A stretch of 64,000 nt of DNA from Bispira polyomma (lineage: Eukaryota), in contig OZ287748.1 of NCBI GenBank assembly GCA_965649765.1, forward strand, positions 10,726,001 through 10,790,000, read 5' to 3'. The notes under the pieces are model-generated. The model did no database searches. It saw only the letters and a list, made by a program, of their open reading frames with translations, and was not told the DNA's origin. The position numbers and the translations under genes were made by a program. Below are positions 62,646-64,000 of this stretch, piece by piece. Position 1 is the first letter of the stretch, and every line of letters begins with the position of its first letter.

Positions 62646-64000
62646 ACTTTGGTTCCACAATTAGTTGTCCATGTACACAAACCAGTATGTTTTGTTGTGA
62701 AGGGATACTGAAAGCCATGACAAATAAATAAAAATTAATTAACCAGTACATCATCATATCTCCATAAAAAGTAAAAGGTCCCTTCAGCATATTTGGCTGT
62801 TGTATAAAATAACACAAAACTCCACAACACCAGCTAAAGCTTTCCTCTTTATTTGGGGCCATAATGGCATTAAGAGTAAGCATTTTGTTCATAATGGAAT
62901 TGAATGGTCCATTAAGCTCTCCAATACTCGAGGGATATATAGCTGGTAATATCTCCATTCATAGATTAGAAGGCGCTGGTACTCTCAACGGATTTTGGAT
63001 ATTTTCAGCAGTTATAGATGAACGAAAATTTAATTTTTCGTCTTGAAGTAATGTTAAATCTATCCTAGCTATTTCATGTATTTCAAGTTTCAAGTTTTTC
63101 CATTATATACTAATTAACGATTTACAGTTCCCCTATTAAAAGTTAAGGAATAAAAGTTTATATACTTATTTCACAAAACCTCTGCTTTACATACACATAC
63201 ATAACCACAGGAGATTGATGATTTTCATTTTTATTTGACCAAAAGGGGGAAGAGGTTTATCCTACTTTGGCTCTATTAATGTTTTTTTGCCCCTTCTAAA
63301 TGTCGATTTCTTCAAAATGTAAGTATTTAAAACAACAAAATAAAAAACAAAACAACAAGTTCATTCATATTAGTTATGCTACAGGTGAAGTGTTACTATT
63401 AACTGGTAATAAGGTTGTTTTTTGTTACCTAATATGTTTGTCACCTAATATTTACACACACACATACCTAGTTCAAATGACTTATTTCGTAGTCTTCGTG
63501 TATTATCTGAGATTGACATATTTACTCAGAAGATTGATTCTGATCAATACACCGAAGGTAGTATGTGACACAGTCTGATTTATGCCAAATAATGACATAT
63601 TATTACAAAGTTTAGTTCTATTTTTTTAATATAGATTTTCCGAAGATGCCTAGCATCAATAAAGCGTAATAAAAATGCATAACAATTTAACCCTTTCAAT
63701 CCCAAGAGAAAACTATTGTCAGGAACTAAAGGAAATTTTTTTGGTTAATAGGTTACAGATAGCTGGAGTCAGTAAAACACACACCACTTCTGGCATTCAA
63801 TGACAAAGTCACATATAATTTGTAAAATAATAAAGTAGTCTGGCATACTAACAATTTTCTATTCTGAGTAACTGAGGAAAAAAATATAATATTCATGGGA
63901 TATCGACTGCTTTCCGGCAGATATAGGTTCTGGGAGTAATGAATGCTGTCGATTGCTTGCCGACAATGTATTGAGTTGAACACACAGAAGTTGTCTTTCC

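Larger units (their letters stand above)
59416..63165 (-). repeat. Segmental duplication copy 2 of the MGCGSS gene unit
   Basis: Colinear with 53124-56880. Confidence 0.9.

Overview
AT-rich, intron-containing metazoan DNA; it looks like a lophotrochozoan invertebrate such as a mollusc, which is inferred from the SINE/MITE content and TLR type and not proven. The window has four gene loci. (1) On the minus strand, the 5' part of a giant mucin-like gene: a signal-peptide exon, a 36-nt micro-exon, and one open exon of at least 9166 nt holding about 11 copies of a 789-bp (263-aa) Thr/Ser/acidic repeat. It runs off the window start and is missing from the ORF track; the + strand Val/Ser ORFs there are its antisense shadows. 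(2) A tandem Toll-like receptor pair: an intact single-exon 908-aa TLR (27160-29886) and a decayed copy (20401-22608) whose ectodomain is destroyed while its TIR frame stays open. (3) A four-exon SLC16 transporter of the MCT8/MCT10 type (minus strand, 34262-41088, 747 aa) with a very long C-tail, a CRE cluster upstream and a Merlin transposase fossil in intron 1. (4) A tandem pair of genes I cannot assign to a family (54201-55220 and 60177-62000). Both have an MGCGSS lipidation N-terminus, a variable Ser/Lys repeat linker and a conserved Trp/Cys/acidic C-terminal domain of about 250 aa. Intergenic DNA carries tRNA-derived SINEs, LINE 3' remnants, MITEs and short tandem repeats, including an apparent SINE-to-SINE gene-conversion footprint. 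The best candidates for novel biology are the lipid-anchored orphan family, the TLR with a furin-site Cys-rich insert, and its possible TIR-only neighbour.
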